From IMG/VR virus record IMGVR_UViG_3300042547_000432: a DNA stretch of 64,000 nucleotides; one strand, written 5' to 3'. This DNA comes from a virus. Made by a program: the position numbers and the translations under genes. Under the pieces are notes generated by a model. It saw nothing but the letters and a program-made list of their open reading frames with translations. It ran no database searches and was not told the origin of the DNA. Of this stretch, positions 44,712 through 54,059 are shown piece after piece. Positions within the stretch are counted from its first letter, which is position 1. The number at the start of each line of letters is the position of its first letter.

Positions 44712-47024
44712 ATGGCAATTTTTAAATCAGTTATTAATGTTAATAATGGAAATACTGGATGGACAAGTCAGCATGTTTTAGATGCGTTAGAAACTGCTTT
44801 TAGTCAGTTGGGGTTTAATGGTGGTAGTGCGGTTGCTGGTTCTCCTGTAGCGTTTGAAGCGCCAGGAAATAATTCAACTACCCTTGGAGATTCTAACTGG
44901 AGATTTTGTGGTGGTCCTGCGGTAACACAAACGTCAAATATTAACAGATATTTTTATGTTACTAACAATGGAACATCATCATATAGTGTACTGGAACAGT
45001 GGTTTACGAGTTCGGTAAACGCAGCAAATGATACACTATCATACACAAGACATGGATTACAAACTGGAAATCCTGTAAGATGGAATCCTGGTGGAGCAGT
45101 TACTGGGGGATCTATTACTGGATTAACAAACGATACAACCTATTATATTATTAGAGTTGATGGTAATACCATTAGATTAGCAGCAACACTTGATGATGCC
45201 ACAAATGGTATTCCTGTAAACATTACAGGGACTTCTGGTAATTTTGGTTTTATTCCATTGAGAAGAGAATTTAATGTTTTATACAACAATTTTCAGATTG
45301 ATGCTGAAATGGGGGATACTCTAAATTTTACAGTTGATGACACAACAAGTGGTGGTAATTTCTTTTTGGTAAATGACCCAACAAGTGGATATAATACAAA
45401 TAAAATTTTAAATACATCAAACTACCAATCAGTATCTTATCGAGTTTTCCCAACAGGGCAAGGAACTTCAAGCGTGACATGGCAAGTGAGAGGATGGCCG
45501 CAGACAGAAGATGAAGTATCAAATCCACAAGAAATTTCTGGGACTGGTTTTTCGGGAGTTTATTCGTATGGATATATTAACTCAGCAAATCCATCTATGC
45601 GTGGAGTTATTAGAATTCTGCCATCGGTAAACAGTAATAACGCTACCACATTTTATCCATATTGGAAATATACTATACCAGCATCTGGTGGTAGATCATC
45701 TTTAAAAGTTCGTGTTTATCGTTTTCCTTCATCTCCATTCTCATACACTGGTAGTGTAGCTGGCATAACTATCCACAATATAGGTTCTGGGTGGAACGCA
45801 AATGAAGTTCTGACAATTCCTGGTTCCGCTGTTGGTGGTGTTGATATAACGAATGACATTTTAGTTGGCGTAAATAGCGCAACAACCGCACAGCAAAATG
45901 CTGGAAATGGAGTTTGTGATGTTGTTGTCACGAACTATGGCGCTGGAAGCACCATGTATCAAAAGAGTTCATTTGGACATTTTGCGGTTTTGAGAAATGT
46001 AAATGACAATACAAAAACATTTGGAACAACATTCTATGGGTTTGGCATGGATCAAAACAACTATAGAATGTATTTAAATTCTGGGGCAATGTGGTGTTCC
46101 TTGAATAGAAAAGGAACAAACACAACTTCCACAAATGGTGGGTATGAATATGGATTCTACGGGGGCGATAGGGGACTGGATTATCAAGAATACAACAATC
46201 AAATATCAACGAGCGATACATCGTTTACATACATTGATTACGCAACATCATCAACTCCAACTGCGTATCCTCTTTCTATAAGAATTTATAAAGCACAATC
46301 ACCTCAAGATACTAACTTTGCTGTTATACAGTTTACACAAACAATTAACAACGCCATCATTCCATTTGGATCTTTCACAATCCACAAAGGAAGTAATTTT
46401 GGAGCAAATATTTGGGATTTAAATAATGTTTGGAATGGTGGAATGACTTTTTATAGTTCAAGTGGAAGGACTGTGAGTTTAATTCATCAAGTTCCTGGAT
46501 ATCATTATTCTAGCTCAAATACTCAAGCAGAACCAACAACTAATTATTCTCTATCAAGAGAAGCAAATTACGGTTATTTACGAGAGACAAGTGGATCATG
46601 GAACTTTACCTTCCCAGTAAGCACTTATTCAGCAAATATTGATACTGATAATGATAGTACAAGTATTTTGACTTATTATAGAAACTCTACTTACGACAGA
46701 TATCAAAGTAGTGATACATCAGTCAGTTATGCCAATAGAGATAAATCAGTATCATCTTTAGCTAATTATTACAAACCAATGAAAGGAATTCCTATTTCGA
46801 ATAATTTAATGCCTTGCCCATATTATATTCCAGATGATTTTATTATGCTACAAGTAGCAACATCTCCTGGATTAACTCAATTCAGACCTGGAGATACTAT
46901 TACTGTTAGTCCTTCGGAAATATATGAAATCATTCTATCTGGATATCAAACATCTCAAAATGGTCTTGATAATGTAAGTGGCAATAATTCAATAGGAATG
47001 TTATTCTGTGCGAGGACAACCTAA
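44712..47024 (+). CDS. Virion structural protein, 770 aa
   Basis: N/T/S/G/Y-rich, one HGLQTG module, co-transcribed with the fibre gene. Confidence 0.8.
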   Translation: MAIFKSVINVNNGNTGWTSQHVLDALETAFSQLGFNGGSAVAGSPVAFEAPGNNSTTLGDSNWRFCGGPAVTQTSNINRYFYVTNNGTSSYSVLEQWFTSSVNAANDTLSYTRHGLQTGNPVRWNPGGAVTGGSITGLTNDTTYYIIRVDGNTIRLAATLDDATNGIPVNITGTSGNFGFIPLRREFNVLYNNFQIDAEMGDTLNFTVDDTTSGGNFFLVNDPTSGYNTNKILNTSNYQSVSYRVFPTGQGTSSVTWQVRGWPQTEDEVSNPQEISGTGFSGVYSYGYINSANPSMRGVIRILPSVNSNNATTFYPYWKYTIPASGGRSSLKVRVYRFPSSPFSYTGSVAGITIHNIGSGWNANEVLTIPGSAVGGVDITNDILVGVNSATTAQQNAGNGVCDVVVTNYGAGSTMYQKSSFGHFAVLRNVNDNTKTFGTTFYGFGMDQNNYRMYLNSGAMWCSLNRKGTNTTSTNGGYEYGFYGGDRGLDYQEYNNQISTSDTSFTYIDYATSSTPTAYPLSIRIYKAQSPQDTNFAVIQFTQTINNAIIPFGSFTIHKGSNFGANIWDLNNVWNGGMTFYSSSGRTVSLIHQVPGYHYSSSNTQAEPTTNYSLSREANYGYLRETSGSWNFTFPVSTYSANIDTDNDSTSILTYYRNSTYDRYQSSDTSVSYANRDKSVSSLANYYKPMKGIPISNNLMPCPYYIPDDFIMLQVATSPGLTQFRPGDTITVSPSEIYEIILSGYQTSQNGLDNVSGNNSIGMLFCARTT

Positions 47025-47299
47025 TGCCAGACATCGTATTGTCAGATTTACAACCAACAACAGCAGCAACAGCAGTAGATAACTCTATTGCTTTTTTACA
47101 GACAACAGCAACACCATTTATTACTCCCACACTTTCTTCTGTGACAAGAGCTTCGAGCAATACCGCATTTTCTTCAAATTACAACATAAACAATTTAGAT
47201 TCTCCTGTTACTGGAAATCGTTCTTCTGTTCCTGGTATTCTTAGTGGTAGACGACCAAGATTTGGTCAATTATTCCCAAGGGGATATTTCAACCGATAA
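47024..47299 (+). CDS. Small hypothetical protein, 91 aa (ends GRRPRFGQLFPRGYFNR)
   Basis: TAATG coupling; ends at the terminator. Confidence 0.7.
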   Translation: MPDIVLSDLQPTTAATAVDNSIAFLQTTATPFITPTLSSVTRASSNTAFSSNYNINNLDSPVTGNRSSVPGILSGRRPRFGQLFPRGYFNR

Positions 47300-47329
47300 A
47301 AAAAGACCCCCTTTTGGGGTCTATTTTTT
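47298..47329. terminator. Bidirectional terminator between convergent genes
   Basis: A-tract, AGACCCC-CTTTT-GGGGTCT, A, T6. Confidence 0.9.
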
Positions 47330-47513
47330 ATTCTGCTGCTGGGGCTTCTTCTTCGGACTCTTGTGAAGATAGCAGCTCTAACGTTTCCAAACCACCTTGT
47401 AGTTTGAGTTTATATTCTTCTAACTTTTCTAATTCGCCTTTCAGTTTAGCAATTTGACCTTCAGTTTCTTTCAACTGATTATTAAAATTAGTTCTCAGGG
47501 TATCAGCATTCAT
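47328..47513 (-). CDS. Small coiled-coil protein, 61 aa
   Basis: Heptad pattern, KLQGGLETL; late promoter at 47541-47547. Confidence 0.75.
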   Translation of the reverse strand: MNADTLRTNFNNQLKETEGQIAKLKGELEKLEEYKLKLQGGLETLELLSSQESEEEAPAAE

Positions 47514-47540
47514 GTTTACAAAAAATTAACAACGCTGTTT

Positions 47541-47547
47541 TATTTAT
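47541..47547 (-). promoter_or_regulatory. Late promoter overlapping the stop of the 2102-aa gene
   Basis: ACA TAA ATA. Confidence 0.55.
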
Positions 47548-50500
47548 GTGAGGAAGTCTCTGCTTAATCTAATCGTGTTAGAAATTACATTTTCTACACC
47601 ACTCCAGAATCCACCAGGATTTCCTGCTGGCATTCCATTTACAGCAGTGGGTGTGTATGTTACCGAAATGATATTATTGTTTAATGTAGCTGTAAATTCA
47701 CCTAAATTTTTAGTCCATAGAGTACCATATTCACTGATTAAAACATCAACACCATCATGTACGATCATCAATTCAGTGGAGTGTAAATATTTTGTTTCTT
47801 GATTTTGTACGTTAGTTGGTCCAATTGGTTTGTTGTGAATTTGAAGTAAGTACTTAGCAGTGTAAATATCTTTTGCTGAGAAAGTATCAATCACAACTGG
47901 AGCAATCGTTGAGAAAGTCTGTGATACATTGACAGTGCTTCCTCTGAAGTTGGTAATGTTAATAACACCATAATTATCTGGGTCAGAACCGTCTTGATAA
48001 TATAATACAGATGGTGTATCTTGAGTTACTGTTACAATAATCTCCCCAACTTCAACACCAGAACCATTACTCTGAACACTACTTACAAATTTTGTAATAC
48101 CTATATTATAAATTGATGCGGGTGGATTTGCTATTGTGCCTGTTTGACCAGGAACAGTAGTGATAAACATTGGGTGACCAACATTAGATTGTTTCAATAT
48201 GAATTTAATTGATTGCCCAACCACCATCTGTAGTTGTGGTCTTTCTCCTATGCTTCTGTTAGTAACTAATTCATTAATTTCCCATTTGCCACTTACATTA
48301 GGAACAGTTTCGTATTCAAAAATTTCAGCAGCAAATCCCCTCAGTGGAACTTCTGCTACGTTTTGTTCCGAATAAAAAGTATTTCCAAGTAATGAACGAG
48401 GACCAATATTCTCAATCTTGGATAGTGAAACACCTTTATCTCTAAGAGTTACTGAGAAACCAGTTGATGATAACATCTCGAAGGTGTTGTAATCAAAGCT
48501 GGCAACACCATATTCACTGCTTCCTGTAGATTGCCCAGAAGCAAACTTAGCAATGTTTACATCAAGATCAAGGAATCCAGTTCTATATGGATCACCCTTA
48601 GTTACAGTTCCACCAGTTACATATACACCTGGGTTTACAGCAGCGGGAACAGTAAACGTATCTCCATCAATTACGGTTACTTGATAATAACCATTATAAG
48701 AACCTGGGGATATACCATCAACTTCAACATAATCTCCGTTTACTAATCCGTGAAGTGTTGATGTGTTAAATGTAAATATTGGAGAACCACCACTGGTGTA
48801 AAATGCCGATGAGATATTAGCAGGTGTAGATGTTCCTTTAACGGAAATGGGACCATCGCTACCTAATGTAATAATTGTTGTTCCTGAAATTTGATTGGGA
48901 ACAGCTCTTACGCCTTTTGGTAGAGGAACATATTTGCTTAGACCAGAAAGGAATGTATTTTGGTTAGCAATTCTTGTTCCTAAACGAGCTGGAGATACAA
49001 TGCCAGAAACGATCTGACTGGCATCAACTTGTTCAGATGAAATAACCTGCCAGTTGTTGTTTATTGTTGCTGGTAGAGATGCTAAGATGTAAGATCTTGA
49101 TGGTGGGGTTGTTGTATTTGTTTGAACAACGAAGTCACCCACTTTTAGGGGAGTGGCATTTTTAATTGTAATTGTTCCAGAAATTTGTGATGTAAAGTTT
49201 GCTCCAGGAACATCAAGAGTAATTTGATTTGTACCCGTATCAATCGCAACAATTTTGGCATCTGTTAGACCATTTGGTGGCACATTAGTACCAGTTACCG
49301 CATATCCAATTTCAACCTGAACAAGATTGTTTAGTGTCAATACATTACTGCCGATTGTATGAGCAGTAACAGTTTTAGATAATGTAGGAATAGCGGCAAC
49401 TAAACGCTCAGCATCTGTATCAACAACATAAACGTTGAATGGTTCTTGTGGTGGAATTTGGTCTCGGTTGATTTTACCAGTACCATCCAACTGAACAACA
49501 AGTCCAGGTTGTGGTGAAGTACCTACATCCAGATCAAAGAAAGGACCAACTTTATCTACAACGAAATCACGTACAGCTTTTTGTGTTGGTAAAACTTGAT
49601 CTGATCTACCAGAAGATCCACCCAAATCTGTATTGGTTGAGAACGCAAAAATTGGTGTACCAGGCGATCCTTTTAATTGAAGCGAATCAAGAATACCAAT
49701 AGCAACCGCACCAGTAAAAGTAGCCTTACCTGTTCTTAGGTCAACGTTGAAGTTTGGTCCAACTGTAAAGTTACCATCTTGGTCGGTAGCAGAAACATAG
49801 CACTTACCTGCGTTGATTTCTATACTTTGTTTTGCTGGTATCGCTCTACCACCATTTGTAGGTAGAGCCATGTAGTTTGTACCAGAACCAACATATTCAA
49901 ATGTATGACCAGAACTGTTAACACTTGATGGGGTGCGAAGTTCAATAGCAGCATTATTTGGAACTAATGGAAGATCAGCATTTGGAACTTTTTGAACCAA
50001 ACTAAATTCGCAAGTGTTTGCTTCATCTGGGGGAGAAAAAATGAAAATTTCGTCAACAATATATTCTCCATCAGGAAGTCCTGGCAATTGATCAATTTTT
50101 ACAATCTGGTTTGCTAAGGGAGCTTTCTGGAAGTTGATAGCGGTTACTTTAGTGTAAGTAGAACCGCTGGTAATTGTCACCAATCCAGTAGATCCACCAG
50201 CATAAGGAGGAGCATAAGATTGTAAGAATGGGGTATTTAAAATAAATGTGAATAAGTTGTCACTGAATCTTACTGTTTCAATTTCTATACCAGTTCCATT
50301 GATGTTTGGTGTTGCTGTATGGTTAGCAATCGTAATAATTTGCCCCCTTTCAAATTTACTAATATCGTTAGCGGAGACTCTAACAGTTACTCTTGTCTTT
50401 GCTCCACTTAGTACTGAACTGAAAGAAGTTCCTACGATAGCAGACGCTGTTGTAGCGAATGATGTTTTTGTGATGTTGGTAATGCCAGCAACTCTACCGT

Positions 50501-53500
50501 TAGCGTAGAATGGAAGCGCCACAGGACTGAATCCAATCGCTTTAAGACCTTCGTTACCGAAGTTCGTCGCAGAGTTCGTTACAGAGGCATATCCACCAGT
50601 CTCACAAAGCACACCAACGTCTTCGAAGATTTCAAAGACAGATACCAACTGAGCATATGCGTCATTCTTTAAGTGGAAACCAACAGAGTTGAAAACAACC
50701 TGTGTAAACGCATCAGCAACCATTGATTTCAATGGTGTATCTGAAAGCAAGTTTCCTCCATCAATTAATAATCCACCCGCTCTTGTCTTGGAGGCATCAT
50801 ATGCTTTTGTCGTGGAGTTATATGAAGTCTGACCAAGAACAGAAATTACTGAGCAGTTCTGTACATATGGAGATAGGAAAATTCTTTCTTTTGGTGGAAT
50901 GAATCTGTAAATAGTAGCAGAAACAGATGAAGTTGGTACAGTCGCTAATGTTAATTGAGTATCTGACTGTACAGATAAAATAGTATATGAACTATTTCCT
51001 ACTTTTATCAAACCACCAGCAAAAGTTTGGGATCTAAATTTAGTGTTTGTTCCAGTTACAATTGAATTGGAAGAACTTACATTGATTCTTCCAGCACCTT
51101 TGATTCCATTTTGATCTGGATAGGAAACAGCATATCTGAAAATTCTACCGCCTTGAGTTACAACAGCACCATTTGGATGTTCTGCTGCTACTGTTGCTGC
51201 TCCAGTGATTGGATTAGGAACTCCTCTACCATTTGTAGATACTGTTACTGTATTGCCAGTGATATCATCTACTCTCATCCACTCCTGATCAACAACTAAG
51301 TATCCAGGACCAGGATTGTAAACTGGACTATCAGCGCCGTCTAAGATAGAAACTACGATACCAAACAAAGTATCAATATTTGTCTGTACATTTGTACAAT
51401 CACCAACTGTTACTGCTGGATACTGTGCTAAGAATCCAGACTCAGTGATGATGGATGTATCAGTAACAACTTGTCTTGCCCTTAGTCTTAGTTGATCAAT
51501 AGCATATTTTGTCTCAACAAATTCTGTTGTGATATATTGTAGATTGCCGTTAGCGTCTCTATAAGACTCTCCAGCTAAAATAGATTTGACGTTGCCGCCA
51601 ACCTTTAAGTCGTGAATAACAGCATCTAAGATCAAACCAAGATCTCTCTTACACTTTCCATCTCCAGGAACACTCAATGCTGCTCCATTCTCGTTTGCTA
51701 ATGCTGGGGCAGATAAAGTTATTTGTGTGGCACTATCAATGCTTGAGATTGTTGTTCCTACAGTGATATTTGTGCCTGTTACTACGTCACCAATTTCCAG
51801 TCCCTCTGTGCTACTTACGCCAGTGACTACAGCATTTCCATTAGTAAGATTTCCAGTAAAGTTAGTTGGTGGAATAACAAGAGAAGGATATCCGCCGACT
51901 AACTGACCATAAGCATAATTAATTGTATCTGTTCTCTTATACTGGAGCATATTAGCTCCATCTTTATAAATTCCACTGATATCTTTTAGGTTGTGACCAG
52001 GGAATAGATTAAATGTTGTAGTTGAGTTGCTAATAAATGAGTTAATGCCAGAATTTAATTGACCAACACCACGAAGAGCATCTGCTGAATTGCTTGGATC
52101 GCCATAGTTATCTCTCATAACAAATTGAGCAACATAGCATCCACTTGTTACCCAGAACATATCAACACCATCATTCAGTGGTCTTACAATTGTTTCACGA
52201 AGGTTGTCTCCGATAATAGTAGTACCCTTTGGCAAGTAAATTGGGTTATCTTCATAGTAATCGCCAGAAGCAACTTTAATCGTAGTGTTTCCTGTAGTTG
52301 CTCTTGCTGCTTCTGCTGCTCTCTTAATAGTTTTAAATGCCTTTGCTGGAGTAGAACCATCATAAGTAGTATCACTACCACCTTTGCTGACGTAAATTAC
52401 GTTCTCTACTTTATCCTCTTTAATACAAATAGGAGTGGGCCAACTTCCACCCTCTTTTGGTCCATAGAAATCTTGTTTTACTTTATCGAAATAGAAGTCT
52501 CCATTATTTCCTAAAGTGTTTGATGGAGCAGTAATACCATATCTAAATTGATCTGTCAAAGAAACATATTCATTGTCAATAAATGATTCTAATTCATTAG
52601 TTGTTGTATTGAATCTTACCAAACCGTTTGTAGCGATTGGTGTGGTAGGTCTCTGTGCTGTTGTTCCTTTTGGAACTACAAAACCAGAACGAGTATCAAG
52701 AATGACTACTCTATCCGTTCCTGGGGTGATTGTAATATCAGAAGCGGTTGTATTGTCATTGACGATCGCATTTTGAGAAATTTTTAGACCATCTTGAATC
52801 TTTACAGGAGTATTAAATTCCCACGCTCCAGATGACTGTAACCACTTGATGGTTTTATCTGAGGTAGCTTTTAGTGTAATACCGCCACCATCAGCTGTAG
52901 CGTCTGAAGGGGTTGCTACAGAACCAAGTTCTATATTTTTATCGTCTACAGATACGGTTGTCGAATTAATTGTCGTGGTCGTTCCAGCAACGAACAAATC
53001 TCCAAGAATATCTACGTTCTTGTGAAGTGTTACTTTTTCTGCGCCATTTACAGTATCAATAGAAACATATTTGTTTGTTCCTTCTTTAATTTGGAAAGCA
53101 TCTGTAGTATTGTCTTGCATGGCAATACCACTTGGAATGGTGATGCCTCCAGTCAGATATACGTCTCCATTAGAACTGTCAATTCTAAATTTCTCTACAG
53201 TTCCATCATTAATAACGAAATTTTGACCCGTGCCACCCTTGAATACAAAATCCCCAGTACCATTTGGATCAATTGTGACATCAGCATTTGAACTACTGGT
53301 GATAGTAGATACAAATAATGAGGACCATATTTGACCAGATGATCCTAAATTATAAGTATTATTTGTATTTGGTATGATGCTAGAATTTACATCTGCTCCA
53401 AAAACAATATTATCAGTATTACCATCTCCAAGAGTTATTGATCCAGCCGCACCATCTCCAGCTCTAAATGTTATATCACCGTTTACTGTTAGATTTCCAC

Positions 53501-53852
53501 CAATTAGTGTATTCTTATGAATAGTTACTAATTCTGAACTATTCGTAGTATCTATACTAATATATGGATTTGCTCCTTCGGTAATCAAAAGAGCGTTTAA
53601 TACATTGTCTCTTATGAAAATGTCGGTAGCAGCATTTTGTAAATAAATGTCTCCGCCGTTTATCGTTAGATCTCCCGATAAATTGGCATCAACTAGAGAT
53701 TGAGCGCCACTAACAATATCATTGATAGCTTGTGTTACTATCTTTGATGTAGTAGAAAGAGAACTGGCATCACCAACATCGCTCGATAGGCGATTGATTT
53801 CTTGACGCTGCTGTTCAAACGTAAATGTTTTTAAAACTTCTCTAACCGCCAT
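47544..53852 (-). CDS. Giant baseplate/fibre-associated virion protein, 2102 aa
   Basis: FTFEQQRQEIN N-terminus; VIYVSKGGSD...AFKTIKRA beta-helix entry; C-terminal TAKYLLQI...ELMIVHDG...SEYG domain. Confidence 0.82.
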   Translation of the reverse strand: MAVREVLKTFTFEQQRQEINRLSSDVGDASSLSTTSKIVTQAINDIVSGAQSLVDANLSGDLTINGGDIYLQNAATDIFIRDNVLNALLITEGANPYISIDTTNSSELVTIHKNTLIGGNLTVNGDITFRAGDGAAGSITLGDGNTDNIVFGADVNSSIIPNTNNTYNLGSSGQIWSSLFVSTITSSSNADVTIDPNGTGDFVFKGGTGQNFVINDGTVEKFRIDSSNGDVYLTGGITIPSGIAMQDNTTDAFQIKEGTNKYVSIDTVNGAEKVTLHKNVDILGDLFVAGTTTTINSTTVSVDDKNIELGSVATPSDATADGGGITLKATSDKTIKWLQSSGAWEFNTPVKIQDGLKISQNAIVNDNTTASDITITPGTDRVVILDTRSGFVVPKGTTAQRPTTPIATNGLVRFNTTTNELESFIDNEYVSLTDQFRYGITAPSNTLGNNGDFYFDKVKQDFYGPKEGGSWPTPICIKEDKVENVIYVSKGGSDTTYDGSTPAKAFKTIKRAAEAARATTGNTTIKVASGDYYEDNPIYLPKGTTIIGDNLRETIVRPLNDGVDMFWVTSGCYVAQFVMRDNYGDPSNSADALRGVGQLNSGINSFISNSTTTFNLFPGHNLKDISGIYKDGANMLQYKRTDTINYAYGQLVGGYPSLVIPPTNFTGNLTNGNAVVTGVSSTEGLEIGDVVTGTNITVGTTISSIDSATQITLSAPALANENGAALSVPGDGKCKRDLGLILDAVIHDLKVGGNVKSILAGESYRDANGNLQYITTEFVETKYAIDQLRLRARQVVTDTSIITESGFLAQYPAVTVGDCTNVQTNIDTLFGIVVSILDGADSPVYNPGPGYLVVDQEWMRVDDITGNTVTVSTNGRGVPNPITGAATVAAEHPNGAVVTQGGRIFRYAVSYPDQNGIKGAGRINVSSSNSIVTGTNTKFRSQTFAGGLIKVGNSSYTILSVQSDTQLTLATVPTSSVSATIYRFIPPKERIFLSPYVQNCSVISVLGQTSYNSTTKAYDASKTRAGGLLIDGGNLLSDTPLKSMVADAFTQVVFNSVGFHLKNDAYAQLVSVFEIFEDVGVLCETGGYASVTNSATNFGNEGLKAIGFSPVALPFYANGRVAGITNITKTSFATTASAIVGTSFSSVLSGAKTRVTVRVSANDISKFERGQIITIANHTATPNINGTGIEIETVRFSDNLFTFILNTPFLQSYAPPYAGGSTGLVTITSGSTYTKVTAINFQKAPLANQIVKIDQLPGLPDGEYIVDEIFIFSPPDEANTCEFSLVQKVPNADLPLVPNNAAIELRTPSSVNSSGHTFEYVGSGTNYMALPTNGGRAIPAKQSIEINAGKCYVSATDQDGNFTVGPNFNVDLRTGKATFTGAVAIGILDSLQLKGSPGTPIFAFSTNTDLGGSSGRSDQVLPTQKAVRDFVVDKVGPFFDLDVGTSPQPGLVVQLDGTGKINRDQIPPQEPFNVYVVDTDAERLVAAIPTLSKTVTAHTIGSNVLTLNNLVQVEIGYAVTGTNVPPNGLTDAKIVAIDTGTNQITLDVPGANFTSQISGTITIKNATPLKVGDFVVQTNTTTPPSRSYILASLPATINNNWQVISSEQVDASQIVSGIVSPARLGTRIANQNTFLSGLSKYVPLPKGVRAVPNQISGTTIITLGSDGPISVKGTSTPANISSAFYTSGGSPIFTFNTSTLHGLVNGDYVEVDGISPGSYNGYYQVTVIDGDTFTVPAAVNPGVYVTGGTVTKGDPYRTGFLDLDVNIAKFASGQSTGSSEYGVASFDYNTFEMLSSTGFSVTLRDKGVSLSKIENIGPRSLLGNTFYSEQNVAEVPLRGFAAEIFEYETVPNVSGKWEINELVTNRSIGERPQLQMVVGQSIKFILKQSNVGHPMFITTVPGQTGTIANPPASIYNIGITKFVSSVQSNGSGVEVGEIIVTVTQDTPSVLYYQDGSDPDNYGVINITNFRGSTVNVSQTFSTIAPVVIDTFSAKDIYTAKYLLQIHNKPIGPTNVQNQETKYLHSTELMIVHDGVDVLISEYGTLWTKNLGEFTATLNNNIISVTYTPTAVNGMPAGNPGGFWSGVENVISNTIRLSRDFLT

Positions 53853-54057
53853 GTTTGATTAATTCTCTTAGAAGATTTTTAATATCCGTTATTTCATGCT
53901 TTAAATCCTCAAGATCGTTCTGTAACTGTTTAATAGAACTGTTACTGCTGCGAGCTTTTTTTATATCTTCAAATAAACCCTTATCAGTATTTATAACTGC
54001 TCCAGTGGAGTTATCTTTAATTAGATAATCATGATCTTGTATTCTACTGTAGTTCAT
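53842..54057 (-). CDS. Small hypothetical protein, 71 aa, coiled-coil C-terminus
   Basis: LIKDNSTGAVINTD...EITDIKNLL; coupled to both neighbours. Confidence 0.75.
   Translation of the reverse strand: MNYSRIQDHDYLIKDNSTGAVINTDKGLFEDIKKARSSNSSIKQLQNDLEDLKHEITDIKNLLRELIKHGG
53988..53995 (-). promoter_or_regulatory. Late promoter TATAAATA inside the 71-aa gene, probably for the 2102-aa gene
   Basis: Exact consensus encoded by the V-I-N-T codons. Confidence 0.6.
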
Positions 54058-54059
54058 TA

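Noticed and set aside
41928-47330. Invertible (Gin/Cin-like) fibre switch
   Set aside because: No inverted repeats seen at the cassette ends and no recombinase in the window
29892-53852. Diversity-generating retroelement targeting fibre genes
   Set aside because: No reverse transcriptase and no near-identical repeat pair differing at adenines was seen
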